From NCBI GenBank assembly GCA_964016885.1, contig OZ024742.1, positions 320,168,001-320,232,000 of the forward strand: a stretch of DNA of 64,000 bases, given 5' to 3'. The translations under genes were made by a program, and so were the position numbers. The notes below the pieces were generated by a model, which did not search any database, had not been told where the DNA came from, and worked only from the letters and a program-made list of their open reading frames with translations. This document shows, in pieces, positions 29,944 to 45,237 of this stretch. This DNA is from Eledone cirrhosa (taxonomy: Eukaryota). Every line of letters begins with the position of its first letter. Within the stretch, counting starts at the first letter, position 1.

Positions 29944-31544
29944 ACCTTTTAAGCCAGTTAGTTAATCTCCTGTTCTGGTTTTTTTCTATTTCATTATCTA
30001 TCTATTTTCACCCTCATTATTATTTCCCGTTGTTTTTCTCATCTTTACTTTTATACCCAGCTCGTTGTACTGCGCTTCATTAAATCCCACTAGATATATA
30101 TACTATGTCTGAAATAATTATATATAGGGTGGTCATGGCTGCCATGCTTTTGATCATAAATCTGGTCGATCAGGACAGATAGAAAAAAAGAAAGAACGTT
30201 TTAGCTCACATCTCTGCGGGGCTAGCTGACCTCCTTTGAGGCTGCATACCACAGAACGTTTCTTGAGTGTTTTAATGATTGTGACATTGAGTAGACTGAA
30301 ATTATTTGGAGGTCCGTGTGATAAATTGTACCTATTGTCAAAAATTATGTCATACTGATTCTCCCTGAGAATTTTTACGTTAAGGGTAGACGTATCTGTG
30401 GAGTCACATGCTTGTTAATTTTACGTAAGTAGCCATTAAGACCTCTTATGTCTGCGAGCCCCGGGCTGCTGTTTTCCTTCGCTAATTCGGAATGAGGGCA
30501 TCACGAATGAGGACGTAGCTCCGCAAGATGGAATGGCTGATGCAGCGGTTATCTCTGGCTGTTCTTCGTATCAATGCTTTCGCCATCTTGCATGTCATCC
30601 AACCATCTTCCCCCCCCCCCCCCCTCGTGAAATTTCATACTTAAAAAAACAAAAGAAATAGACACAATTGGGAATAAATATAATCGACTAAATCAATACG
30701 GTGCCCCAGCATGGCCTTAACCATAATGGCTGAAACTAGTAAAAGAATAAATGAATGAATTTGGTTCATGATATAAGTAAGGTAAGGAGCGGATGGCCAG
30801 ATCAAACCAACGAATCTATGTTGCTATTGTTCTTATCACAGCTATACTATTTACCGGGCACAAATCCTGGCAGAAGACTGTGATGTTTGAACACAGAATC
30901 CAAAGAGTCGGATCAGATACCGCAAAGCGTCCCGTCTAACTCTTTTAACAGTTCCACCAGTCACCGCCCTCAACACCCAACCTTTCCGGGACTCGTATTT
31001 TATTTGTCAAGACCCGAAAAGATAAAAGGCGAAGTTGACCTCGGCCAGATTTGAACTCAGAACTCACACAGAACCGGAACAAATACTCACGTATTTAACC
31101 TGACACTTTCATAACTCTACCAACTGCAATCTGTTTTCTTTTTCCCCTTTTGTTTTGCAAGGAAACAAAACATATTAGTCATAAGTTTTTATTTTTTTAC
31201 TTCATCTAGCTGAACGTGTGTAATTATTAATCGATGGCACTTTTTCTTTCACTTTCTCATGAAAACACACGCACACACACACACACATATATATATGTGT
31301 GTGTGTGTGTGTGTATCTATCTATCTATCCATATAAATGTATATATATATATGTGTGTATATATATATGTATATATATATATACACATATATACACACAT
31401 TTGTGCACGCGTACACACACATACACATCTGATTGTCTTTCGTATGATTCAATTCATTCATCAGAAATCAGTCCAGCCTCTGTGAAAGTGTGTATTATAT
31501 AACGCAGATGCGTATTTGTAGAGAGAAATGAGTGGGGAGTAAGC

Positions 31545-31589
<45 letters not shown>

Positions 31590-31602
31590 GAAGTGCTGTA
31601 GT

Positions 31603-31676
<74 letters not shown>

Positions 31677-32294
31677 GTACAGTCACTCGTTTAATGGTCT
31701 CGGCTCGGGATATACAATGAATATCATAATATATTTTTACTGTCCTCCATTAACTAACTACTAGAGAAACATTTAAGCACGGCACTGCTGTACTCTTCCT
31801 GCATGTTCACAGCACTATTTTACATATAATAAAAAGAAGCAAAGGTTTAAATACAAGTGCCTCGGCGATTTTCCGACACTCTTATTTCCACATCAATGCC
31901 GGATTATCCATTTTGCAGGACCATATAATTTCACGAGAAATATATTAACGAAGTCGGAAACACTATCTGTAGCCCTTAATTATAATAATAATGAGACGCC
32001 AATTTTTTAAGATTCTATCTAATGACGGGAATTATTGGTTATTGTCCGATACAAAACTAAGCAGACTACACTATTCAATAAAGTACTATAATAGAATACT
32101 ACCAAGAAGACTACTAGTCAATAAAGTATTCAAAAACACATAAAGATCAACTGTTTTGGTTCACTCTCAGAACCTCGCCAGGGATGTAGTGTCCCAGCAT
32201 GACCGCAGTATACTGACTGAAATATGTAAAAGAATAAAATAACATGGCTATTAAGTCACACATAATAAATCAATATATATATATATATATATAT

Positions 32295-33899
32295 CGTTTC
32301 TGAATTTGTTTAGCAAGATTCTTTATCTGAAAACGTGTGTTGAAACCGATATTGTCATGTTGCCAATAAGAAACACACGCACCAGTGCTTTCACTTCAAT
32401 TTATTATAAATTAAATTATAAACTTAAAAATTTATAAATTTCCGGTTGGTTGGTTGGTTCCACAACCGGACGGTTGTTCATATATTGTCAAAGTTCTTTC
32501 GTCACACATTCTGTGACCTCATCAGCGACTGGGGATTCTTTTCTTTGTTTTGTGCCTCTCCTTTGTTCTGTCCTACGCCATCTTGTTTTTGTGTGTGTTG
32601 TGTGCTTAGTTTGCGCATGTGTTACATCCGGGTGTCTGTGTGTGTTTTTATTTGTTTATTTATTTGTTTATTTACATGTTACTAGTTAGTTGTTTGTTCT
32701 ATGTGTGTGTATGTTTTCATTTTGTCCTTAATTGTAAGTTGTGATGTTGCTATTCCATTCATGTTTTCTATTTAATTTTGGTTGGAGTTCATTTATGTTT
32801 ATTGCCTCTGTGATTTGTCTAAACATTGCGTCTTTTCTGTGCGTAGATTTTATTTTTATTTCTATGTTCTCTAATTTGCCCTTATGTTCTATTTTAGCAT
32901 GTTGGTGGAGTACTGATGAGTCTTTTCTATCTTGGAATTCTCGCCAGTGTTCATTTAATCGTTCTCCTGTGCTACGAGCTGTCTCGCCTATGTACATTAT
33001 ATTCTTATCTTTACATTGTCCCTCAGTACACCTTATGCTATATACTATGTTTTTAGTTTTACAGTTAATATGGGGGCTTAGTTTACAGATTATGCATTTC
33101 TTATCTATACAGGGAGGTCTTTGAAAAGGGTATGTATTACTAATAAGTATTTTTATGGAGGTACCTGGTCTTTCCACTATCTTAATATTTAGTTTAAGTT
33201 TATCTAGGGCCCTTCTAAATTTGTAAGCTAGTTCACCTCTAGGGGTTGTATTGATGAACATTACACTCTGGTATTTATTGCTATCATACCATGAGTTTAT
33301 TTTATTAACCTTATTCTTAATTCTTTCTATTCTATTCCAAAATTTGCTCCTATACAAGGGGCAGGTCCCAATGTATCATTATATACCATTTTTTCCCATT
33401 TGGTCTGGCTCCTCTATATACTGTGATTTTATCTCTCTGGTTGTAACCAGAGAACTGCATACGGTGGATGAAGTATTGTATGTGTCTCTCTAGTTCTTTG
33501 GGGTTGCACATGCGGGACACGTTCTTCATCACCTTTACTAAATCCGCAATCAGTAAGTTGATTTTGGTGTGATCCGAAACAGCTGAGTTTCGGTGGATCA
33601 GGTATTTGGAAGTCATGGGTTTGACATAATGGGAATGGAGGATTTGTATTTTTGTTATTAATGGTTTCTAACCAGAGCTCTGTGTCTAGTACAGGTAATC
33701 GATGGTTGGGGTGTTTGCTTGGGTAGTCTATAGTAACTTTAATACTCTGGTGGATGGAGTTAGCTATTTGCTGGATGCTTTCAATGGTGTTTTTCTCTAA
33801 TTCCTGACTATTCTCTAGTGGAGGTGTTTTTACTACGATGTTTATATCATCAACGTAGCGGGAGTACATAATCAGGGTTAAGAGGTTGCTGTCTTCTAA
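32295..33899 (-). mobile_element. 5'-truncated Penelope-like retroelement (RT C-terminal part + GIY-YIG endonuclease + 3' pLTR)
   Basis: YSRYVDD...LPVLD (33429..33869) and IVYSIRC...MYIGETAR...ERLNEH...TEAINI...LN (32728..33357). Frameshifted. 3' end abuts (TA)n at 32294. Confidence 0.92.
32487..32529 (-). ncRNA. Penelope pLTR hammerhead ribozyme
   Basis: gtcg CTGATGA gGTCACAgaatgTGTGAC GAAA gaac TT tgac. Confidence 0.8.
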
Positions 33900-33923
33900 T
33901 TAGAAGACAACAACCTCTTAACC

Positions 33924-34880
33924 TTCCGTATTCCCAATATTTGCTCCCAAATACAGGAAGTCCTCAACCAATTCTAGCGGCTTCCCGCCTACATTAGTGA
34001 TCCCATCTGGCTTCTCAACATTCTCTACCAGATATTTTGTTTTAGTCTCATTCATTCTCAGCCACACACTCATCGACACAGTCTCAACCGCCTGCATCAA
34101 ATCCTCTGCCTCCTTCACTGTATTTGTCACCAAAACTATGTCGTCGGCAAATTCAGCATCCGATATCTTTTTCGCCTTAACTCTCCTGCTCTGAGCCGGT
34201 GCTACAGTAAAGCCAGAGTCCTGGTGTTTCCCCAGTGCAAGGTGCATACAATAGTCCACTACGATGATAAAAAGGTAGGGAGCCATTGTATCTCCCTGGA
34301 GCACTCCAGCCAGTATCTCAAAGAACTCTGTCATCCCATCAGGTGTAATGACACGGGCTTTGGTGTTGGTGTAGAGCAGTGATATCAGGTCCACTATCTT
34401 CTTGAGGATTCCATAAGCCTGTAAGATCTTCATCAGGCAGTGACGGTCCACAGAATCAAAGGCCTTCCTAAAGTCAATGAAAACCATGACCGCAGGAAGG
34501 CACTTTGCTCTAGCTCCCTCTAATATCCTCCTCAGCATCAGGATGCGACTGGTGGTTGATCTTCCCTCTCTGAAGCCGTTCTGGATGAAAAACTCAGAGT
34601 TGTATGGGAGCCTCCCAAAAGTCAGCTCAAAAGTGACACAGAGGAAACTGAGGTTAGCTGGACATGCTCACCGACATCCAGAGTTGACATTGCACTCAGT
34701 GCTCCCGTGGGATCCCCTACATGGACACACTGGAAGAGGAAGATCAAAGTTAACGTATGTTGATGCCCTAAGGACAGACACTGGTCTGTTGGAGACGCAG
34801 GACATGGCAGCGATAATGAGGGACAGAGACCGCTGGAGAGAACTCGTCCATGGATCTCGGGAATTTTACCCGCCCTAGAA
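33924..34880. mobile_element. RTE-like LINE with inverted 5' segment (twin-priming type)
   Basis: RT motifs (QNGFR, FIDFRKAFDSV, GVLQGD, FADD, FLYLG) on the minus strand at 33924-~34585. The C-terminus (RLAGHAHRH...RGR...DRDRWR) is on the plus strand at ~34586-34878 and ends at TA/CA repeats. Confidence 0.88.
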
Positions 34881-34897
34881 TATATATACATACATAT

Positions 34898-35010
<113 letters not shown>

Positions 35011-35290
35011 ACAAAGGAATTGTGGTAAGGAACCAGATGGACCATAACGCACCAGAGTACTCAATACTTAGGGTAGTAGAGTGGGAAATAGAAAAAAAGT
35101 ATGACCCCGACGGGATAGAAATGATTTCTACGGGACTAGAACTGTTACATTCGTATGAAATCATTAGGAATGAAACAGTTCAAGTCTTGTAGAAGACATT
35201 TCTGTATAAAATAAAGAACCTTATTCTCTATTAACGTGTTGAGAATCTTATTTAACTACACACACGCACACGCATGCGCGCTCACGCGCA

Positions 35291-35351
<61 letters not shown>

Positions 35352-37091
35352 TGTTGTGTTTACTATGTAATAAATAGTACTTGATAGCAAATAGTTTCCA
35401 TTCAATGATATCTTTTCTATTTCCCAAAATAAAGTTTAGTTTTTATTGAGATAAATGTCAATTTAGACAAGAATAAGTCTATTGTGCTCTGAACTGTGTT
35501 GGTTAATAATAGTTTTATCAGATAAGAAAATCAGTGAAAAATTGTATAAATCGATACGAGTCAATTTTGCCAAATAATTTGGTAAAGGCTGTGAAATATG
35601 AAGTAATCATCTGGTCCACTGATTCTCAAACGGGAGTTACCAGAGGAGGAATTTTAGCCAAGGAGGATTTGGACAGCTGGATTGGGGTGGGAGATCCAAA
35701 TTTGGAAAGAGAATCACATAAAATACTAATATACCCAACTATAAAGGGGATCATGAATTTGCAATTTACAAAATAATCGTGCTTCAAGCTTAATCCCATT
35801 TGGGACTATACAATTATTGGGGTTTGAAAAACTTGCTCAAGTTAATTTGATGCTCGGGTGAAAAGTTATTAGATGACAAATATATATAAATTGAGGAAAA
35901 CTGGGATTGCAAGAGGAAGGATGCAGTCTAGGTCTCTGAGAACTATAGATCAACTGTTGAAGGCGCTTGGCTTAGCGTTTAGGTTGTTATGCCCCCAATC
36001 GTAAGGTTGTATGTGTGATTCTCGCACCGGGCGGTGCGTTGTGTCATTAAGCATGGCACTATATTTCACATTGCTCCAGTCCACTCAATTGGAAAAAAAT
36101 GAGTGTCTAGCTGTACCGGCCTTTACTCCCTTGAATAACATTGGTGGCGTCGTGAGGGAATGTATGGGCGACTGTTGGTCTTTCATAAAATTCCTTGCTT
36201 AGGCTTGCGCCTTAGACAGGAACATTCCAGGAGCAAATAACGATCGGCCTTTATGTAGTCCGCTGAATTTTGGATCCAGTTTTACGTCCTAAATATACTC
36301 ATGGCTGTGTGGTTAAAATGTTCGCTTCGGAAACAGATAATTATGGCTTCGATTTCATTGGCTGTACATTAACTCTTTTATTACCGTATTTTTAATGAAA
36401 TACACTGCATATGATTTTCAAATCAGTTTGAAAATAATTAAGAACTCTGAGGGATTATGAAGGGGCTGTTTAGAGTGTAACTTAACAACAACAACAAAAA
36501 CAAACAGATAAATAAAACAAAACAACCATTGTAGTATTTGTTCAGGCTTTTGTGCTCAAATCCGCTTGAAGACAACTTTAGATGAAATCAACCTTTAGAT
36601 GAGGCTGTCGAATGAGCTGTACCTGTAATTCAGAGAGTGAACCTTGTCATACACTAACTCTCTAAAAGTATAGCGTTAAGGACATATGAATTTGTGAAAT
36701 TTCTGTTAAACGTTAATTTAACAAGTGGGTCGTTCGGTTGATTGCACAATTAGAGCACTCATCGTCGAAACAACAAAGGTTCATTTTATTTTGATTCGTA
36801 AAGACTGCATGAAAGGTTCTGAGTATCCCAGATATTATTTACATCCGTCTTCATAGTAAAAGCAGAGCTGGTAACTTGGTTTAAAGAAACGAAATGAAGG
36901 GAAGTGAAGCGAAATGATGCGAATGTAAAATGAATTTATTACAATATACTATTTTAGATTACAATCATCACAATTTACATTCAAATCATCGAAAGCGTTA
37001 GAGTATCTGGCTTAGTGCTATACAACAACCAGGCTCGTGTCGACCTAGTAATAAGCCGAAGACAGGTATAAAATGGGCTCCCTCCTTCAAA

Positions 37092-37487
37092 GCTGGAAAT
37101 AGCCCCGGGCCAGATGTAAAATGTGGCGTCTAAACGTTAGTAATAGTTCCAGAGCGGATGTAAAATGTACCACCAACCAGCTGGTAATAGGCTCAGTCCA
37201 GATGCAAAATGTCACCCCCCCCCCCGCCCAGGTGGTAATAGGCCCAGACCAGATGTAAAATGTCTCACTGACTAGCTGGTAATAGGCCAAGTCCAAAGGT
37301 AAAATGTTGCCCTCTTCCCCACCCCAAGCTAATAGTAATCTTAGGCCAGAGGTAAAATGAGTGTCTTAAAAGCTGGTAATATGCCCGGGTCAAGTGTAAA
37401 ACGTAGACCCTAAAGCTGGTAATATGCCCGGGTCAAGTGTAAAACGTAGACCCTAAAGCTGGTAATATGTTTAAAGCAGATGTGAAA
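37092..37487. repeat. Minisatellite of about 38-43 bp units
   Basis: About 9-10 diverged units of gctggtaataggcc...gatgtaaaatgt. The last two are nearly identical. Confidence 0.85.
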
Positions 37488-38200
37488 AGTAAGCCATATT
37501 TCAAATTGCTCATTAAATAATTTTGTAATCAATGATAAATACATATAATTTTATGTATAAGTCACAGGCATATACATATAATGCATGCATGCACGATCCC
37601 GTAATTCCCCTGGGAGTCGTAGGGGCGCCGTATTGACATACGGCGTTTCTAGCGCATTTTAAAACTTGACAGAGACGATCTCCTCCACAGGTCTGAATAT
37701 AGATAACCAAGCTGTTAAATATATTGTTGCCTTTCTTGCTGTTGTTGCTGTTCTTTAACCGCAGGCTAAAGAATAAATATGATTTGAAGTTTATTTCTGT
37801 TTTCAAGAAGGGTCAAGAGATATATCTCACAGCTTGGGAACATAAACAAACAGTAAACGTAAACACAGACATGGACGCATACACAAGTATATATGTTATA
37901 TATACTTGTGTATATATACAAGTATATATTATGTATATATATATACAGTATATATAATATAAAAATGGCTTCCAAAGGGCTAGAACTGTTTCATTCAGAG
38001 GGCTTTCCTTATGATTTCATTCGAATGAAATAGTTCTAGTCCTGTAAAAGCCTTTTATATAATATAAAGTATATACTCTACTATGTATTGAGTATCCTAC
38101 TTACTGTGGTTAACCTCGATTGAACCCGGAATACACACACACGCACACACACACGCACTCGCACACGCGCACACACACACACAAACACTCACACACAAAT

Positions 38201-38236
<36 letters not shown>

Positions 38237-39890
38237 TTATATACACACACAACACACACATATATTATACATATTCATCTGCTAAGACTTGTCCCTTGTT
38301 CTTGTTAGTTAAAAACAAAACAATGATTTTTGTTTTTCATATCTCTAATTCGAATTATGTCGCCTAAAAGTATCTCGACATTTCTTGTCACATATAGCTG
38401 ATAAGGCATGAAAAAACAAAAAATAATAATAAGACTCGATTTAAACAAGTTAAATTTATAGTCAGATAATAGAAATAAGTAGCTTATTTATATATTTATC
38501 TATTTATTTACTTTTTGTATGCATGAGAAAATATTTCTCTAGCTATACTGACAAGTTGAATAAAAATAGTCTAAATTTCGGAGTTGTAGTTTTATTTTAT
38601 TTTTTACTATTATTTAGCCAGGGAAAGAATGGAAGTACCCCTTGACCCCTTTCAGGACCCCTGAAGCTAGTTAATAGAAGAGAAGACTGGAGATTTGGTG
38701 AATAAGAAGGACGAAGGTATCATAAAACTGGAGACCTGGTCGAAATGCTTGAAACAAAATAAACTCTACTCATGACATCGAAGGTGTAGGTGTTAAACAA
38801 TGTGACGGTTTAAGATCAAAGCTATTGTAGGTTTAGAGATCAGAGCACAAAGAACCGAAGCAAATATCGTAAGGTATCTAATTTGCTACTCTAACAATTC
38901 CTCCCAGTCAACCGCCCTAGACTGATACTTTAGACAGGACAAAAAAGCATTGCGGTATATGTTCAAGCTCTCTACTGTCTGGTTATCAAATCCTACCTTA
39001 AATATATACATATGTTAGGTAGCTCTCGAGTGCTACTGGTAACATATAACCCAGTACAACCTGTCGCATGGTCGGGTCATCGGCGACTAAACCGACAACC
39101 CCACCAAGCTTGTTTGGTGAGGAGGGTGATATTTGGACACCCTGCGGGATGAACACAAAACCCGGCAAAGGGTGGAGGAACTCAGCAGAGTCAACGGCCA
39201 TCCAAATAGTTGTTTTTTTAAATTTTTTTTTTCACCTAGGAGTGAATGAAAGGCCCTCAGTTGTTGTCACAACACCTTTCTAAGAGAGGGAAACTCTGAA
39301 AAAAACCTGCGGCTTCGGAAGCATCCGATGAATGATACAACTGACTTTAGGGATTTATAATCGCATTTTGAAACTTCATTATCTATTTACTCTCCACGTT
39401 AAGGGACGATGCAGTTGAAATATGTGTTCTTGATTTTAAAACTTTGTCTGAGGAGAATATAATTTCATTTATATTCGAAACAAAAGTGTTTCTGTAGATT
39501 ACCAGAACATAAAGAAAGTTAACTGCTCTGCTTTCCTTTATATTGAAGTCTATAATGTATTACAGGTCTGATTGGTAGGAGGATTAAAGTAACCTATGAC
39601 CTTTACACACACGCATATATATATTATTATTATTTTTAACACAATAGGATTTTGTACACATAGTTGTTTGAAAAAATATTTCAAAGAAACATAAAACATA
39701 GCCTTTCTTTGTGTTTTTTGTTGTTTTTCTTAGTCCATCGTCCGTTGTGTTTCTTCCCGGATAGCTATCCATTTAAGCTATTAATGCACTGTGGTGAATA
39801 GTCCTGTCTTTAATGCATTCGAAACTATAGTGATCCACAGAAAACAGCCGATGAGCGGGAACTGTTTGTGTCTCGTGTTTTCATCCACGT

Positions 39891-39937
<47 letters not shown>

Positions 39938-40329
39938 TATATTAGAGCAAACATCACGGGCGCTCTATCTCAAAATTATTTTTGAAAAGCATTAGAAATG
40001 CGCAACCGGTAAACACTTAAAACTAAAACTGAATACTAACCAATACTTATTACTAATTTTTACTTATTCCTAATTAAACTATTTTTCACTGGGAACAATT
40101 TGTCAGCATTTTCTTTTCATTTTACCAATATATATATATATATATATATACATATATGTAAAAACACAATGGTGAAAAACACGAAAGACACAAACAGTTC
40201 CCGCTCATCGGCTGTTTTCTGTGGATCACTATAGTTTCGACTGCATAACTTTCATCCTCATGGGGTCGATAAAATAAAGTACCAGTAATACCCTGGGATA
40301 ATTGCTGGCCTTGTGCCAAAAGTAGAAAC

Positions 40330-40409
<80 letters not shown>

Positions 40410-40829
40410 GTATGTATATATATGCATACATGCACACACGCGCACACGCACACACACACACATGCATATATTCACACACATATATTTGTGCTTTGGCAAG
40501 AGTTTTCATATGAAAGTGAGTAATGAAACAAAATATTGTTGTATTTTGGAAGTCAACTTTCCCAATGATTAAATAAACACAACGTGTGTGTGTGTGCATC
40601 TGTATGTATGGGTGTGTGTGTATGTGCGTATGTGTGTATGTGTGTGTATGTGTGTATGTGTGTGTATGTGTGTATGTGTGTGTGTGTATGTGTGCGTATG
40701 TGTGTTTAACTTATTGGACAATTATGAATCATGCAAAACATACACACACATATGAATACACATACATACAGACATACACACATATACACACTCATACTTA
40801 TAGCGCGCGCATGCATACATACACGCACT

Positions 40830-40990
<161 letters not shown>

Positions 40991-40991
40991 A

Positions 40992-41082
40992 CAGGGTGTC
41001 TCCAAAAAATGTATACTCCATTCTAATAAATATTGCCTGTACAGGTAATGAAAGTATTTATACATTTTTTGGGGACACCCTG
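40992..41082. mobile_element. Tc1/mariner-type MITE
   Basis: TIRs of about 24 bp: cagggtgtctccaaaaaatgtata / tatacattttttggggacaccctg. TA at the left flank. Confidence 0.8.
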
Positions 41083-42576
41083 TTTATATGAACAGAACAA
41101 TAGTAGTAAGCTATGTTGCATGAATCTAAGCTACTACTGACCCCTGTCAACCGAATACTAACGTAGAGAAATGCACGGAACACCTTTATTTCAAGATCCC
41201 CTAAAGTTCTCCAGCTCCATAGGCGGCAAATTGGCTGAATCGTTAGAGACTCTGAGGAAACAGCTTGCCAAAAACAGCAACAACAACAACAAAAACCCAT
41301 AACACAAATGAAATATGTTGTGTTCATTTGTAATGTTATTCAATCTATGGCTTAGTGCCATTACCATTAATCAATATTCTGTATTCTTAGTTCTTGAACC
41401 TATTCTGAAACATACCGAATATGTATAAAATAAAACGTGTTTATATGCGTGTTGATTTATCGATATGTGGTAATCAGCTGTATATATATGTCCATTTAAG
41501 AAAATGTATTTTCACTACGCTGTATTTTTGTATCATATAATCATAAGAAAACATTAATTTCTTTTAAAATAATTGTTTCTACTTTTAGCACAAGGCCAGC
41601 AATTATCCCAGTGTATTACTGGTGCTTTATTTTATCGACCCCGTAAGGATGAAAAACAAAGTTAACCTCGGCGGGATTTGAACTCAGACTGTAAAGGGCA
41701 CTAACTCTATGCTGCAAAGCATGGCATCCGACCCTCTACCGATACTGCCAATCCACCGCTCTTTTCTTATTAAATAATAATACTACATTTTGTATGGTCT
41801 CTCTGCTGGTTAGGATTATCAGCCAAATTTCCTTAAATCACACACTTCCATTTAAAAAAAAGTAAAGAAACATATTGGGCATACAGTGTCCACTATGCTA
41901 TAGATACACGAAGAGATGGGATGGTCGTGATTGGAATGCCTTTAATCATAGACTTTTAGGAGAGGCAGGTTCAATCCATTGCCCATCTTAACACAATTAC
42001 CTGATAATTAAGACACTTTTGCAGAGTTCACTTCATTGCAAAAATCCGGGTCAGATCTCCAGTTTGAGGATACATTTGTTTCACCCCCCCCCCCCCTCCA
42101 AATCTCGGAAGCCCCGAAAAGTGGTGTAACTAGAGTTTGTGTCGCACAGGGCGATCCTTGAGTTTATCCCTCTCCTTCCACGAAAACCATATTACAGGAG
42201 ATCAATAATTCTCAGACCACCCAGTTAACATTCCTCTTACAATTCAAGGGTTCCTCAATTCTTCCTCCATTTTGAATCACTATCAAGTCATTTTTCAACC
42301 GAGCCCCATATTAACACGAGCAAACTTTCAAACCTCATTTATGTAGCAATTATCTATCAACAACAACAGCGGCGACAACAACAACAGCAGCGACAACAAT
42401 AAAAGCAGTGACAACAACTACAGCGGCAACAACACAGCTTGTCACCCACAGTAAATTTATGTTTATTGTTATATAGGTACTTCAACAATATTATTAAACT
42501 GTAATAAAACTCTTTTGATTGGAAATCAATAATCGATATCTGTCTATCAAAACTATATATGTATATATATATATGC

Positions 42577-42688
<112 letters not shown>

Positions 42689-43133
42689 TAGATAAAATAA
42701 ACCATTTACTCATTGTATTCTCATTAGAAACCCTTTATATACTTGTTTAGCAGTAAATTGAATTACCATCTGTCATATACTATCCCCTCTCTTCTTCCTC
42801 TATTACTAATATAAATACTTCAATCTTTCTGATTTTATCCAATTTATCCAAAATCTCTGAAGAAGTGACAACTGTTTATACATTTGCTATCGAATGCTTG
42901 CTAACATTATATGATTACGCAAGCAGCGATACATAGGTATTCCGTCTGTTACAGAAACATATGTCAATACCTAATAAATTCCTTTTTTAAAAAAAGCACT
43001 TTCATTTTATATTCATCTTTTCTACATTTTCTCCGGAATATAATTTATACTCGTTGAGCAAACCTACACGTACGCTCTTCATCTCTAACGTAACGATATA
43101 TTATCACTACATTATTGATAACCTGAAATTTTT

Positions 43134-43185
<52 letters not shown>

Positions 43186-43204
43186 CATATATATATGCCA
43201 TATA

Positions 43205-43383
<179 letters not shown>

Positions 43384-43433
43384 GTATATATATATATATA
43401 TACGTATATATACATATACATATATATATACAC

Positions 43434-43484
<51 letters not shown>

Positions 43485-43556
43485 TACATGTATATATATA
43501 TACATATATGTATATATGTATATATGTATATATATATGTATATGTATATATATGCA

Positions 43557-44424
43557 GAGGTTATATTTAATTTGTTGGGATTCAACAAGCTTAAACATTT
43601 TTATAACTGATATAAAGCACTCAACAATTAGTGGAGTAAATACACAATATATTAATAAATGAAAACTATATTTATAAAACCATATTTATTTTATTTTACA
43701 TATTTCAAGGGCCACCAAGGCAAATTATGGTGCGCTTTGATCAGATAAAATACAGATTTGTTTTATAAATAAATATTGACATACCCGGAAAAAAGACAAC
43801 CTTAACGGTTGGAGCTTCCTGGATAGTGGAGATAATATTTTATTGAAGGTAATACAAAGTTATGAGTGAGTATGCAAATGATTTTAATAATTTTGATTTC
43901 TAATTTTTAATTTTAATTTAATTTTTCAACTTATTATAAATATTATAATCGCAACGTAATGAACCCTACATTCTAAATATTATTCTTCCACGTTAATCTT
44001 ATTTCTTCTTTCATTTCTTCTTTCACTTAGATATATTTACGCTATGTATATTTTTCCATTTAAACTTATTTCTTCATTCATTCTGACTTTCTTCAATATC
44101 ACTATGTATAATCGTTCTTTCTTTCCTCTTCTGGATTTCTCCTTCCTTTTCTTTTTTTCTTTTTTTCTTCTCTCTCCCTTACATATCATCCTCTTCCAAC
44201 AGTTTAATTTAAATAAACCGTTATCTTTTCAACTTTTCGGACACTCATTTGCATACTCACTCATAACTTTGTATTACCCTCAATAAAATATTATCTCCAC
44301 TATCCAGGAAGCTCCAACCGTTAAGGTTGTCTTTTTCCGGGTATGTCAATATTTATTTATAAAACAAATCTGTATTTTATCTGATGAAAGCGCACCATAA
44401 TTTGCCTTGGTTGCCCTTGAAATA
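43557..44424. mobile_element. Non-coding PLE-like element with ~180 bp inverted repeats carrying HHR motifs
   Basis: 43701-43881 is inverted at 44245-44424. HHR motifs at 43687-43752(-) (core mutated to CTGATCA) and 44373-44430(+) (CTGATGA...GAAA). Confidence 0.75.
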
Positions 44425-44425
44425 G

Positions 44426-45180
44426 CTATATATATAAAACAGAGGATGTCTGTTTGTGTGTCTGTTTCCCTAAAACTCGAGAAGTACCCAACCGTTTTTT
44501 TTCAAACTTTACACATGTAACCCGTATGGTCCCGGAAGTGTTTTGAGCAAAAAAAATTCAAATTATTCTGACCTAGGGATCGAATTAGTGAAGTAGCCAA
44601 TGTCTGTACATAATGAGGGAGTGAAAGGGGAGAGAAAGAAACGGAGTGGCGAAGTGAAGAAGTGGATCTCTACTCCTCCTCCTCCTTCTCCCCATTCGTC
44701 ACAGCGTTTTTCGATAGAGGGGAGAAATGTGAACGAGTTACAGAGAGAAAGAGTGAGAGTGAAAGAAACAGGCAGACTAAAAGAGGGGGTAGCGGGAGAG
44801 AGAGAGTGACAGACGCCGTCTTTTGAGAGTTGTATGCGTCAAAGATACATGACAGTGTGTAATAACTATTGCGTGTGTGTACGTGCGCGCGTGTGTGTGT
44901 GAGTTTGTGTGCGTTTGCATGCGAGAGTGTGTATGTGTGCGTGAGTGATTATAAACTCTCTCACATGGTCTGATAGAATTAACCCTTTAGCATTTACATT
45001 ACTCTATATATACTATCTTATTTTCATGGTAAAGGCTTTATCTCACATAATATAAAAATCTCAGATTTAATATTATTTATTTTGAGAACAATACCTTAAC
45101 CCTTTAGTATTAATGTGAGTGAGTTATAAAGAGAAAGAGTGAGAGTGAAAGAAACAGACAGACTAAAAGAGGGCGATAGC

Positions 45181-45237
<57 letters not shown>

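Noticed and set aside
37092-37487. CRISPR-like periodic repeat
   Set aside because: Eukaryotic context, the units are degenerate tandem repeats without unique spacers, and there are no cas genes.
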